Shown piece after piece: positions 1 through 11,429 of a DNA stretch of 64,000 nt; position 1 is the first letter of the stretch; each line of letters opens with the position of its first letter. Source of the stretch: Guillardia theta CCMP2712. Lineage: Eukaryota; Protista; Cryptophyta. The position numbers were made by a program, and so were the translations under genes. Below the pieces are notes generated by a model that worked only from the letters and a program-made list of their open reading frames with translations, was not told where the DNA came from and did no database searches. Where the stretch lies: positions 126,760 through 190,759 of the forward strand of contig NW_005434673.1 in NCBI RefSeq assembly GCF_000315625.1, given 5' to 3'.

Positions 1-856
1 ACTCCATCGAGTCCATGCCCTCAATCTAACTCTTTCACCACCTCTTCTGACTTTTCTCATTCTCCTTCGCGCCATTCATCACCGGACGCTATCTCCACTA
101 CCCACCCACCCACCAATTACTGTATCTAGGTAGAAATATTATGTGGGGGGTGATGAGGGTCATCCGTTTATCCAGTAGTCCGACGGATAGCAAAAAAATG
201 TCAAAAGAACAAAAGAACTTTGACTGCTGAAACCACCTTCAACACACACCAAACCTCAACGATGCCGCTGCCTTGTTCTGTCCGCTTTGTCCCACAACTT
301 TCATCAGATGAGAAAGCGATCACTCGATATGGGTGATCAAATCCTGCTCCTTGCCATCGCGACGTAGAACATATTTGAAGATCTTGTTCATATGCTCCAT
401 AACTAAAGGTTGTGATCAAAATAGGTTGTGATCACATGCAAGACCGTCCCGACGGACAACTCGACAACATCGATTGTCACAATCTTTCCAAATATGATTT
501 AATGAATTGACGAGTCCTTTGACTTCGTTAGAGATGGACTCCTTCAATCTGAGAGAACTTTATCTGGTGTAAACCTACCTGTTTCGAACAACAATGTATT
601 GCCCGACAAACTGGACTTCGTAGTAAATTCCTTGATTCTTTGAACCTATCTCGCCTCGGAAAAGCCTTGACAGCAGTACGAGGAAATCGCTGGGAGTGTG
701 AGGCTTATGGAGATAACCTTTCTTAGCGTCCGTCTGCCATGAGCATGAGTTGCTGGATCTGATGATCCAGATAGGCAGCTAGGGAAGGATTTAGACTCTT
801 CCACAGATTTATGTATGAAGGATTAACTCTAATCAAGCTCATTCTTGTCAACGTAA

Positions 857-2032
857 CTATTCTTTTGCATTAAGAATTCTAGATTTATCCTCGACCAGAA
901 CAAGGTGCCCATCCACCCGCTCAAGGCGGACACTGACGGAATTTCCCCGTGACATAGCAGCCTTCATCGCGGCCTCTTCTTCAGTCTGGTTGTTGACGGC
1001 TCTAAAGATATCACAGGCATGACCATATGGAATGTTGAAGATGTTGCGAATGTCCTGGGGAGAAAGGTCTTTCAGATGCTCAACTGAGATCTTCTCCTGT
1101 TTCATGGTTGCAGCATACTTGTCACAAGCTTCCGCATCGGACTTGATGGCGATTTGAAGGAGCCCCATCAGATCTGAAGGATCCTCGGCTTTGATGTCGC
1201 TCTTCTCCACAGTCTCTTCATCATCCTGGCTTCGACGATAGCGGAGAAATATGTAGACGAGAAGTATGATCGCTCCCCAGAAGACAATGGTGTTGACAGG
1301 AACTGCAATGTACAGCAGACTTCTGAGCATGAAGAATGAGTCGAAGGCGGTGGGGTATCGAATGTAAACCATCGAGACCAGCGCAGACAGGCCGAAGATA
1401 ACCCCGATAGCAAGGCAGAGGTAGCAGATGCCAATGAGCGGAAGTCCGTAAACTAGCCAACGCTTTAGCGCCTCGTCGTTGGTACGCGTGGGTGATAATG
1501 AAAGTGAACAGAGCAAGAACATAGCACCAGCCAGAGCGACCCCCAACATGCATGTGCTTGGAAATCCGAACATAGAAAGATTCTTTGAGACGAAGTTGTC
1601 ATCCCCGTAAAATGCATACATGTATTGTAGCGGAAACACCTTCGACGCGAACCGGGCTGCGCTCATGATTTCTCGACAAGAATCACTCAGAATCAAGGAA
1701 TCGCATTTTTCACTTCTGTTCAAGATAGCCAGTAAATCGAACTTGTTAGACAGGTCAGTTGGTATTTGCACCGAGGTTTTCTCTGCGATAAGAGTGCTGC
1801 GTACAAACTTTCTGAAGTTGGGATCGAAGAATATGGAATACTTCAGGTTTGCGTTGTCAAACTCCAGTTCCTCAATGGTAAAGAAGAGTCCAATAGCAAT
1901 GGAGAAGACTAAGGCGGAAACCACTCCTAGCAGCTCAAGCAACGTGTCTATGTCCTCGAAGGTCGCGTGTCCTAGTGACTGCTCTATCTCCTCTGTTGGT
2001 TTACCTCGACCAACTTTCTTGGGTCGTATCAT
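857..2032 (-). CDS. Multi-pass membrane protein with a C-terminal SAM-like domain
   Basis: 391-aa ORF with about four hydrophobic segments. The C-terminal KYAATMKQEKISVEHLKDLSPQDIRNIFNIPYGHACDIFRAV follows the SAM pattern. Confidence 0.6.
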   Translation of the reverse strand: MIRPKKVGRGKPTEEIEQSLGHATFEDIDTLLELLGVVSALVFSIAIGLFFTIEELEFDNANLKYSIFFDPNFRKFVRSTLIAEKTSVQIPTDLSNKFDLLAILNRSEKCDSLILSDSCREIMSAARFASKVFPLQYMYAFYGDDNFVSKNLSMFGFPSTCMLGVALAGAMFLLCSLSLSPTRTNDEALKRWLVYGLPLIGICYLCLAIGVIFGLSALVSMVYIRYPTAFDSFFMLRSLLYIAVPVNTIVFWGAIILLVYIFLRYRRSQDDEETVEKSDIKAEDPSDLMGLLQIAIKSDAEACDKYAATMKQEKISVEHLKDLSPQDIRNIFNIPYGHACDIFRAVNNQTEEEAAMKAAMSRGNSVSVRLERVDGHLVLVEDKSRILNAKE

Positions 2033-2231
2033 TACGTCAAAGTGACTAGCGTACCTGCAAACTAAGAAATCAGCCGTTGCGGCATCAGACGATCAAGATG
2101 AAGGTTAGGGGGAAATAGGACGAGACAAGAACCATCATCGAAAATCACAGAAGAAATCTAGAGGGAGAACAAGATGTAGTGACATTAAACATTTCTTCTT
2201 CACTATGTTCCTATTAGCCGAAGGCGAGAAG

Positions 2232-2234
<3 letters not shown>

Positions 2235-2290
<56 letters not shown>
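2235..2290. repeat. (CAG)n microsatellite
   Basis: Pure CAG run seen directly. Confidence 0.95.
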
Positions 2291-2291
<1 letters not shown>

Positions 2292-2848
2292 AATATGGCT
2301 GGCAATCCAGGGATGGTGGATGGACTCATGAGGGAGGAGGGGGGAGGGAGGGAGGCTGACGAACAGCGGCAACTGCTTTTAGTAGTGGTTTAGCAAGAGT
2401 ACAGGTATTAGAATGTGTATGTGGTGGAACAAGAGTAGGAGGGAAGAGGGAGGAGGGAGGTTGGGAAGGGAAGAAGGGAAATGAAGAAGGAAATGGAAGC
2501 ATGAAACAAAGCCGACGAGCAGGAATAGGAACACCAGGAGCACCAGGAGCGAGAGCGAGAGCAGGAGCAAGAGCAGGAGGAGTGGGTAAGTTGGGGGTGG
2601 GGGCTGAATAGTCCCGGGTGAACCCGGCGGAACTTCAAACACGAGCCTTGAAGTTAACCATTGCGAAACTCTTATATTACAATACTATGAATAATTACAC
2701 TGCAAAATTCAAATTTGAGAATGGCCTTTCGATAAAAAGCTCTCGGAGAGGACTCAAGGATTGAAAATTCAAAACTGAAAGGCGCCTGCCGTACTCCGAA
2801 ACGAGTACAGTATCTGAATATGGTACCAATGACCAGGGTGGTACCTAT

Positions 2849-3046
2849 GGGTGGTAGCCTAATAATGTGGTAGCCTATGGGTGGGCCTAATAATGTGGTA
2901 GCCTATGGGTGGGCCTAATAATGTGGTAGCCTATGGGTGGTAGCCTAATAATGTGGTAGCCTATGGGTGGGCCTAATAATGTGGTAGCCTATGGGTGGGC
3001 CTAATAATGTGGTAGCCTATGGGTGGTAGCCTAATAATGTGGTAGC
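2849..3046. repeat. 28/30-bp minisatellite, ~7 units (GGGTGG[TA]GCCTAATAATGTGGTAGCCTAT)
   Basis: Units start at 2849, 2879, 2907, 2935, 2965, 2993 and 3021; no spacers between them. Confidence 0.95.
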
Positions 3047-3119
3047 GCTGTAAAGGAAGTCACAAGTCCCTGGTTGAAGTCCGAACTGGCAACTGAACAT
3101 GTCAGTGTACCGTACTACA

Positions 3120-3910
3120 GTTGGACCGGGCCGGCCCGGAGCCGCGGCGGCCCGGCCTGGCATCACCCGAGTCGTCGGATCACGGTCCGGGGCGGCACTG
3201 CCCGGCCGGCAGTGAATTACCGGGAGTCGCCGGCGTACCCGTACCGTGGCCCTGACCGTCGCGACCCGGCTCTAAAGTTTGTCCGGGCCCGGGCAATGAG
3301 TTGTTTAAGTCAAGTTCAACGGTTGGTTGCCATTCAATCATGGCAGTAATCGGACTCACTGAGTCGGCGAGTTTCACCGATCACCGGCGGACGGTCACTT
3401 TGCACTAGCTGAGTGCTTATCGGTGTTCAACCGTGTGAGTGCTTGTCGGTGTCATACAGCGGCCAACTTGGCAAGTTACAAGTTACGTACCCGGGCCCCG
3501 GCAGTGACTCAGCGGGGGCCCACACTCAGCCTGGCAGGTTCGGACTGTGCCGGGGCCGACCGTCGACCGGGTCACCGTCCGAGACCGGCACTGAGTCCCG
3601 AGTCCGGCCCGGGACTCGGGAGACGCCGTCCCGGAACGCGGCGCCGCAGTGCAGTGCAGTGCAGTCACGCGGCGTGCCGGACTCATCTGGCGGCTGCGCG
3701 GCCGCAGACCGTGACCGTGCCTCAGCCTGGCAGCCCGAGACTCGGACGGCGTGGCGCCAGCCCGGGCCGCTGTACTCCGAGGCTCGCCGGCCCATCCCCC
3801 CCCCCCCCGGGGGGCCGGGCCGCCCATGCGCCGCGGCCAGTGACTGAACTTCCAAGTTCGGGGCCCGATCCCCTAGTATCCGGGAGTATCCGGGAGTATC
3901 CGGGAGGATC
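3120..3910. other. GC-rich, CCGG-dense intergenic island
   Basis: Very high GC with many CCGG/GGCCCGGG words. Overlapping ORFs occur in all frames with no recognisable protein. Confidence 0.6.
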
Positions 3911-4559
3911 CGACTTGAGTTTTCAGTTGACAAAATGCCGAAGGTGCGCTTCTGATGCTGGTTGGGAAGAGAAGGAGGTTGTTGGGTGGCGGATAGAGAT
4001 GGAGGAAGGGGATGTAGAGCAAGATTGTAGAGGTGTAGAGCAGAGAGAGTCAAGTTGAGATGTTGTTTGTAAGGATGGATCATGTCATGGTACATCTAAA
4101 CCAGGAGAGCAGCTGGGTGGGATCAATGTATTGTAGTCGAATTGAGATTGAAAGTATATCAGAATGATATGTGAAAAATCTTTATGAATTATTGAAATGT
4201 GGAAGCCTCTGGGATGAGAGAGAGAGAGAGGAGGGAGGGAGGGAGGGAGGGAGGGAGGGAGGGAGGGAGAGTTGTAGTCGATGGTGAACAACTTGTTTCC
4301 TGTGAAAGATTGGAGGGCAGGGGCATACTAGAACGAGGTTTGCTTGCATTCAAGTCACATACAGAAGAGTACGGAGTGAGGGAGTGAGTGAGTGAGTGAG
4401 GGAGGGAGGTAGAGAGGGAGGGAGGGGTTTGCTGGTCCGCAAAGATCCAATTCTTTCGAATTGCACTTACAATTTCTTCAGAAGGGTGGCAAGGGAAAAC
4501 CGAAAGCCAAAGGCGGAGCGTCGGAGGAGGTTAGGGAGTCTCCTGACAGATCTGGCTGA

Positions 4560-5686
4560 CATACTGTGTCCGAAGGGAGCTGAGCTTACAGCGGAAGAAC
4601 GGGAGCAGAAGGCCAAACTTCGTATCGAAGCGCTGGAAAGAGAACTTGGTCCATCTCCCTGGGAAGTCGTTAGTGTGGTGACTTGCTGCTGCAGTTCAAC
4701 GTACAGATGTGATGAATCGAGCTCTGCAAGCGCACAATGAAATGCGTCAAAAACAGGTAAGAGAGAGCAGACCCCGATCTCAATGCCATGCTCCTGGTTG
4801 AATCTTTATGCTGCAGAAAGAGCTCCTGCAGGATTTCGAAAATGAGAAGAACAACACGTTCGCCATCACCGCTGATATGGTCACTGAGGGTGTGTTGTAT
4901 GCCTCTTTGACCTTGAGGGCAGACAAGACAATACAAGAGCATGCAGGAGGAGCTCTTGCGGCGGATCAACACCTTAGAGGTCTCGTCGGTGGTCGACTTT
5001 GTTTGTATACCTCACACGTCAGTGACAGAATAGCATCCAAGAGCTGAAAGATCAGCTGGAACTCGCCCGTCAGGTTGACTTGGCCTGTCAGCACGGCCAG
5101 TAATGACTCCTGTGCTTTCAGGCCAACGAAGATCTGCGAAAACAGAAGGACCAAGTCTGTTGTCCTCCATTGTCGTCCCAGGACACTGACGCCGTTTGGC
5201 CTCAGGAGCTGGCGCTGAAAGATGCACAGATAGCAGATCTCAAACAGAAGATGGAAGATATGGGTGAGAACTGCTCTGTCTATCTTTATCATCGTTCCTC
5301 CGTGCATGCTCTTGTCATTGGTTTATGTGATTTTGGTGCTATTTTTCTTCGTGTGTTTGATTGTTTATGTGTGTTTGCGTGTGTTTTGTGTGTGTGTTTT
5401 TGTATGTATTTGTGTTTGTATGTGTACTGGTCTTCCGTCTTTCTCGGTTCCTCCGTGGCTCTGATGGAATGTCACGATGTTCGCAGCCATCGAGTTCGGC
5501 GACATGCTCAAGGAGACTCTCGACAAGATGAGCGAGAAGATAGAGGCGACGAGGTGAGAGGAGGAGGAAGCGGAGGCAACGTCTCTGAGCATGACCTCCC
5601 TGTGCAGCAACGAATGGGATCATGATGCGGGGGGGGACGTGCAGAAGAAGCTGGAAGAGTTTAACATCGGACCCATCGGGATGTGA
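4560..5686 (+). CDS. Coiled-coil protein CCDC153/DRC12-like (spliced; start uncertain)
   Basis: Joined exons read AITADM|TRQYKSMQEELLRRINTLE ... KDAQIADLKQKMEDM ... IEFGDMLKETLDKMSEKIE, ending KKLEEFNIGPIGM-stop. This resembles protist CCDC153 (recognised from memory). Confidence 0.65.
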
Positions 5687-6899
5687 AGATTTCTCTCTCT
5701 CGTGAATCTCTCGTGTAATATTCAAGTGCTTTAATTTTTCATTACAATCTGTCGAAACCCCTACTGAGGTGACTCTGAGAGGTACAAGGGTAAAAGATTG
5801 CAGCGCTGAGTTTGACTTGGACATCAGCACGTGCTCAGCCCGAAGAATATCGAGGAGACGATCATAACAAGCATCAGAATGCATCCTGAACCTGCAGGGC
5901 CTTATTAGCGAGGCGAAGTCGACAGATTGCTTACCACAGCACATCACTAACACCTTGGCTGCAACTTTGGCACCGTGATCTGCACGGGAGCGTGTTCAGT
6001 CGTCTAGCAGGAGAAGCTGCATGTGATGTCGTACATTTCTTCAGCACGAAGGAGGAGAACGTAGAGAGGCCGAGCATCAGGTCTAGGCCATCGATGCACC
6101 TTCGTGCTGCGTGAGGGAGTACGAGCGCCTTGCAAGACTTCAAGACCTGTTGGGGAAGAAGAGAGTCTTGAAGTAAGTCCAGCAGCAGGCCAAGAGGAAG
6201 AAAGCCGTGATCTGGCCGAGCAAGCATCAACGTCATCGCCGCAAGTTTCTAGCAGAGCTGACCCAGACAAGAGCGGGGAACTTGTTGGAGTTGAAGAAGT
6301 AGGTGAAGTGTAAGGAAGCGAGAGATATCATCGTCTCCCATGCCACCCAGGGCATCCTGTACATGCTCAGCCGTTGGTACATGTAGTAGGATCCAGCCCC
6401 GACGAGAGCGAGGAGGACTAGAAACGTTGTGTCGACCCTGGTCACCGACGAACACTTCCTGGAGTGCCGCATGAAAGTCCGCTGGCGATTTCGCACCAAC
6501 AGAATGATGGAGAGTAGGAGGGCTGCAGGAAGTTCACCATGACAGCAAACAAGCAATATCAGCAGACCCAGGGAGACTGAGGTGATCACGACGGAGATTT
6601 CTCCATGGTATCTCGAGGGTGTGCAAACGTAAGGGATCAAGCATCGGAGGGAGTCCTGCACATTCCAAGGTTTCACAGACTGGAGGAAAGAAACATTCAT
6701 ATCTGCCTGTAGTGGTTGAAGATTCTCAATGATGGGATCAGCGTGCAGGGGAGGATCTTCGCCCTGCAGCGAGGATTCAGCAGCACCGAGCACATGCCAT
6801 GCGTTGCTGACCTGCGTGCTCCCAAAGTGGAGGGTGAGATAACCGATCAGCGGAGCTCGCTCAAAGCAGTTGGTCTCTGTTGACGTGACGTAGCATCTG

Positions 6900-7869
6900 A
6901 ACAGCAGCAGACCGATCACTCCAACGCATAGGGGTGGGACTTTGACATGCCGGCAGACGGTGGCGAACGCCTTGTAGCCGATCCACCTCCTCGCGTACTC
7001 GTTGGCAGAGCTGGCAGACGAATAAACGAGCCTTGAGCCGGCGGGTTTGATCGCGACAGATCTTGACAAGCGTCAGACGGAAGCAGCACCCCTCCACTGA
7101 CCTTGAGATCAACGGGTGGTGGTAGCGATCAGCTGGAAGAAACTGTGGAGCAGCATGGAAATTCAGAGGAGTGGAGTTTGGCCCCAAGGTCAATCCCTCA
7201 CATCCATGATGATCGAGTACTCGGGCATGTCTCGCTGCCGCATCTTGAAACCTTGAGATCCACGACAGTCAGAGGCTGGAGAAGGGGGAGGGGGAGGGGA
7301 AGGGGGAACAGAAGGAGAAATAGCAGGAATTTACGATAGAGTCCAGGAATAGATCGCGAGTCTGAAGTCATGAAGATCTCATAAGGTGTTTGTCGGACAA
7401 GTTCGCCGAGCTGTTTCTCTAGCCCTCGGATTGACAGGTGGGGCGTGTACACAACGTAGATCGTGTACGTGTAAGTCCAACTGGGACGGTGCTGGTACGA
7501 AGCCCGAAGGGTCTCTCCCTTCAAAGTGTAGAGCAAACCAAACCGCTGGAAGAAGACGCTGTCAATGAAGAACAGCATGTCGTCAACGCTCGTCCTCGAT
7601 GACTCGGATGGTCCTGATGACCACGAGCAGTTCAAGCTCTGAAACGACGTCATCAAGGCTGTCGGGTAATCCGCCTGAATGCGCTTGACCCCCTTTGAGG
7701 ATGAGAACTCGTTCCAAAGCACAAGGATGGAGACAGCAAACACGATACGAATCAACCAGCGATACCTCGCCTTGTCCAACTCGCTAAAATTTCCTCTTCT
7801 AACTCCGTATCGCTCCGATCCTTCAGATTCCTCGAAATCCCCGGAAGGGGAAGCGTCGGGATGTACCAT
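6900..7869 (-). CDS. Type II membrane protein, possibly LicD/nucleotidyltransferase-like (spliced, boundaries uncertain)
   Basis: N-terminal TM (WLIRIVFAVSILVLW) followed by DMLFFIDSVFFQRFGLLYTLKGETLRASYQH, weakly LicD-like. Confidence 0.3.
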
Positions 7870-8790
7870 TTATGTCCCTTTGCTACCCCTCGACACGGGA
7901 TCCGAGCCTTTCAGCCAGCCAGCACGAGCGTGTGGACATTCATCTCTGCGCTCGTCATGAAGGGATCACCCAACTCAAACCTCCTCACGCCTTCCAGAAA
8001 GGACAGGTCAAAGTTCCATCACAATTATCAATGGATCCTCATCAGGTAGATCCACACTCGTCCGTGTTATCATCATCATCCTCGTCCTCCTTATCCTCGT
8101 CCTCCTTACCGCACTCGTCATCGTCGTCTTCCTCCTTGACCCCGTCCTCGTCCTTGTCCGCGCTTGTTGGCTCCTGCCATGCTCTCTCCGACAGCAGCTC
8201 CGACAGGGTCTGCGACAGGGTCTTCCTGTAGCATTGAAAGGTAAGAAGGGGTAGGTAGGGTACCACCTTTGGTGGCTGCTTGGTTGTTTTAGTGATTAAA
8301 GGGTGGGTGGTATTGCAAAGGTGTGGGTGAGGTACTTGTCTTTCTGTGGATGGGGGGTGGGGGTGGGGGTTATATTTGAATGAACATGGCGGGAGAGGTG
8401 AGGCAGAGGAGGAGGGGAGGTTAGAGGAAGAAGAGGAGGGGACAGACTTTGCTTGAGAGATTGGAAGACAGGAGGGAGGAGGGAGGAGGGAGGAGGGAGG
8501 AGGGAGGAGAGTGAGGAGGAGAGGGCAGGGACCAGTGGGGAAAGGGCGAGGGAATGGGAGATCAGAGACAGCGAGGATAGTAATCCAAACGTAGTTGGGC
8601 AGGAAGAGAGAAGTGGGAAGTCATGAGTAGCTCGATATCATTCCGTCTGAACTCATGGTTGTCTTCACCGAAAGACCGTCAGTGAGATTTGAGGTTACAT
8701 GACCGTTCTCTCAACCAGGTGAAATTTGAATGCGTGCTGAGAGGACCTCGTCTGTAACATTCTCTTGGGCACAACAGTTCTTTTTGCATT

Positions 8791-11355
8791 TTGATGGATA
8801 CCATGGCAAGCATGAACTCGCCTGAAGAAATTCGCTCCAAGTGCGCGAGTGAAAATGAGAAGATTAAGATCGACATCTGTCAAGAAATAGTGTTTGAGGA
8901 CGATAACAGCGACGATGAAAGGTTTCTCCTGATGGCAAAACCTCAGCAGAATGAGACAGTGATGATACCATCGGTGAAGGTAACAGAGAGGGTTGACCAA
9001 CACTTGGATGCAAGTCAGTCACTGTTTCGGCGTGGCAAGAGCTACATCAAGTTCTCTCCCAAGACGATGGAGGAGCAGGACGAGCTTGTAGATTACGACC
9101 TCGACTCGGATGATGAAGAGTTTGTCAGCCAGCACAAGGGAAGTTTGACCGAAGATGACATGGAAGCCGCAATGCACGCGCTTGAAATCTCTTCTTTCCG
9201 CTTCATGATGTCCAACGTGCGAGTTCCCGAGCCTTTGTCTCCCTCAGATGGCTATGCTCCGGACTTTCTCTTGGCAAACGATCAAGAGGCAGAGAACCTT
9301 GATCCGATGAGCCAACCGAGGAAGCTGGACAAGCCTATGAAAGAAGGCTCTCTAATCTCTAAGTGTAAAAAGAAACACAGCGGTGGAAGGCGTCGGAATC
9401 TGAAATGCCTGCAAAGTCCTCGCTCAGATGCTGATTCGAACCTAGAGCTTATCTCCACTAAGGTGAGCCCGAAGATTAAATGCATTGCAAACTTGTGACA
9501 GGTGGTTCAGGAAAGCGACGATCCCTTTCAAGATGAATCCGACGCCAGGTGTGCGGTATGTCTGAACGATGGGGCCGAAGAGGGAAACATTCTTGTCTTT
9601 TGTGATGGTGAGTCAAATCTAACAGCTGGAACGCGAGGACTGAATTGTTTGTACCTAGGTTGTGGAATAGCTGTACATCAGGTTTGCTACGGGATCATGA
9701 AAGTGCCCGATGAAGACGAGTGCTGGTTCTGCTGCAAGTGCCGAGAACAGAAGGGGGCGCCGGGCGCTGCATGTGACTTGTGCAGCATGCCTGGCGGAGC
9801 CTTGAAGATGACTGACGACGGCCGCTTCGCTCACCTGTCCTGTGCTCTCTGGGTGCCTGAAACGTCGTTGGAGGATGGCTTTCTGCTGGAGCCTGTGATG
9901 GGCATGCGGGACATCAACAAGGCAAGGTGGAAGCTAAGGTGCAGCATCTGCAAGGAGAGGAGGGGAGCGTGCATCCAGTGCTCGAACCGTCGGTGTGCGG
10001 TTGCCTTCCACGTGACCTGTGCTCAGTACGCTCAGCTCTACATGTGGTGGGGGGAGAAACCCGGCAAGGACGAAGTCATCCGCAGTGTTTTCTGCCCAAA
10101 GCATCCCCCGTCTGACGTCCTCCCCAACTTCTCCTACTGCCCCGAGCTGAAGCCGTTTGCTCCCGAACTCCTCCAGGCGCTCTGCGGCTCCGAGGTGGAC
10201 CCGCCCAAGTCCCTGACGAGGCTCTGGAAGAAGCCGGGCAAGGGAACCCCTTTCAAGTCCAGCGGCTCGGAGCATCCGGAGGACCTTCTCTTTAGCGTCA
10301 GCCCGGTTTGCAACTTGCGGGAGGAGGACGACTTCGAGGTGCCTTACCAGCACAAGCTCAGCTGCAGCCCGGTGGCAAACAGGAAGGCAAACGGCCTGGG
10401 AGCCAATCACGCGAGGATCCAGGCGGAGGTTGTCAATGACAAGTTCTCGATGGTCTTTCCTGGGGTCTGCTGCGTCTGCCTCAACGACCTCGACGACGCT
10501 GAGAACCCTCTGCTGGAGTGCTCGGGCTGCAAGCTGACGGTCCATCAGTTCTGCTGCGGTGAGGCGGTGAAGAAGAAATCAGCTTTCTCCTGCTCCAGAT
10601 GCTCTTTGCTGGCTCCGTCGGAGACCCAGTCTGCCCGCTGTTACTTGTGCCCGGTGGAAGGAGGATTCCTCAAGAGAGCGGTGACGGGCGAGTGGCTTCA
10701 CTTGCAGTGCGCGTTGTGGATCGACGAGATCAGGTTCGACCAGCCGGAGAAGCTCGACGAGATTACTGGGGTTCAGGATGTGAGCAAGGACAGGCTGAAG
10801 CTCGTCTGCCAGATCTGCAAGCAGGAGGGACGGGGAGCATGCATCCAGTGCAAGAAGGGCGGCTGCTTCGCTGCCTTCCACGTCACCTGCGCTCAGCTCG
10901 CCGGCTGTCACCTCGCGATCCTCCCGGACGAGGACGATGCTGACACGACCTTCCACTCCTTCTGCTGCCGCCACAGGCCCAAGTACATCTGGAAGGGACG
11001 GTACGTCGACAGCCTCAAGTTCCTCCAAGTGAAGGACTTGCTCCCCCTCTCCATGTTGACCGCCGACGATGCCAACCTGACCCTCTCGGAGCTTCACAAC
11101 AGAAGGATTGACAAGCTCCGGTCGCCCATCTTTGCGCACTGGAAGGCGAAGAGGGAGAGGAGAAACCATTTCCTCATGCCCCGTCACGTAGTGGCCCTCC
11201 AGGACTTGGTCGCCTTCCTACCGGGGGAGCTGCAGCTGCACAAGGACCCCTTCTACATGCCTCCTGCCCTGGTCCAGCCACGGAAGCGGAGGGGCCCCAG
11301 GCTGTCTTCGAGCGGGAAGAGGAAGCAGAGCAAGCTCAAGACGAAGATGCGATGA
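8791..11355 (+). CDS. BRPF/JADE/Nto1-like chromatin protein: EPL1-like motif plus two PHD-Zn knuckle-PHD (PZP) modules
   Basis: EPL1-like VDYDLDSDDEEF. PHD CAVC...FCDGCGIAVHQVCYG...WFCCKC after removing introns 9463-9501 and 9608-9658. GALK...HLSCALWVPE...CSIC...GACIQC...AFHVTCAQ occurs once, and a close variant occurs a second time. Confidence 0.9.
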
Positions 11356-11429
11356 CAGCAAGGGCAGCCTCGTCTCACGCGGCCTCTCGCTCTCCTCCTC
11401 TGATATTCATCTAATTAAAATGAGTTTAA

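Noticed and set aside
2849-3046. Possible CRISPR array
   Set aside because: Units are contiguous with no unique spacers, there are no cas genes, and the context is eukaryotic.
3074-4095. Overlapping 90-210 aa ORFs in the GC island
   Set aside because: Open frames on both strands are expected at this GC content; no recognisable protein.
9934-11187. Two ~200-aa antisense ORFs inside the PHD gene
   Set aside because: Shadow ORFs of GC3-rich coding sequence.
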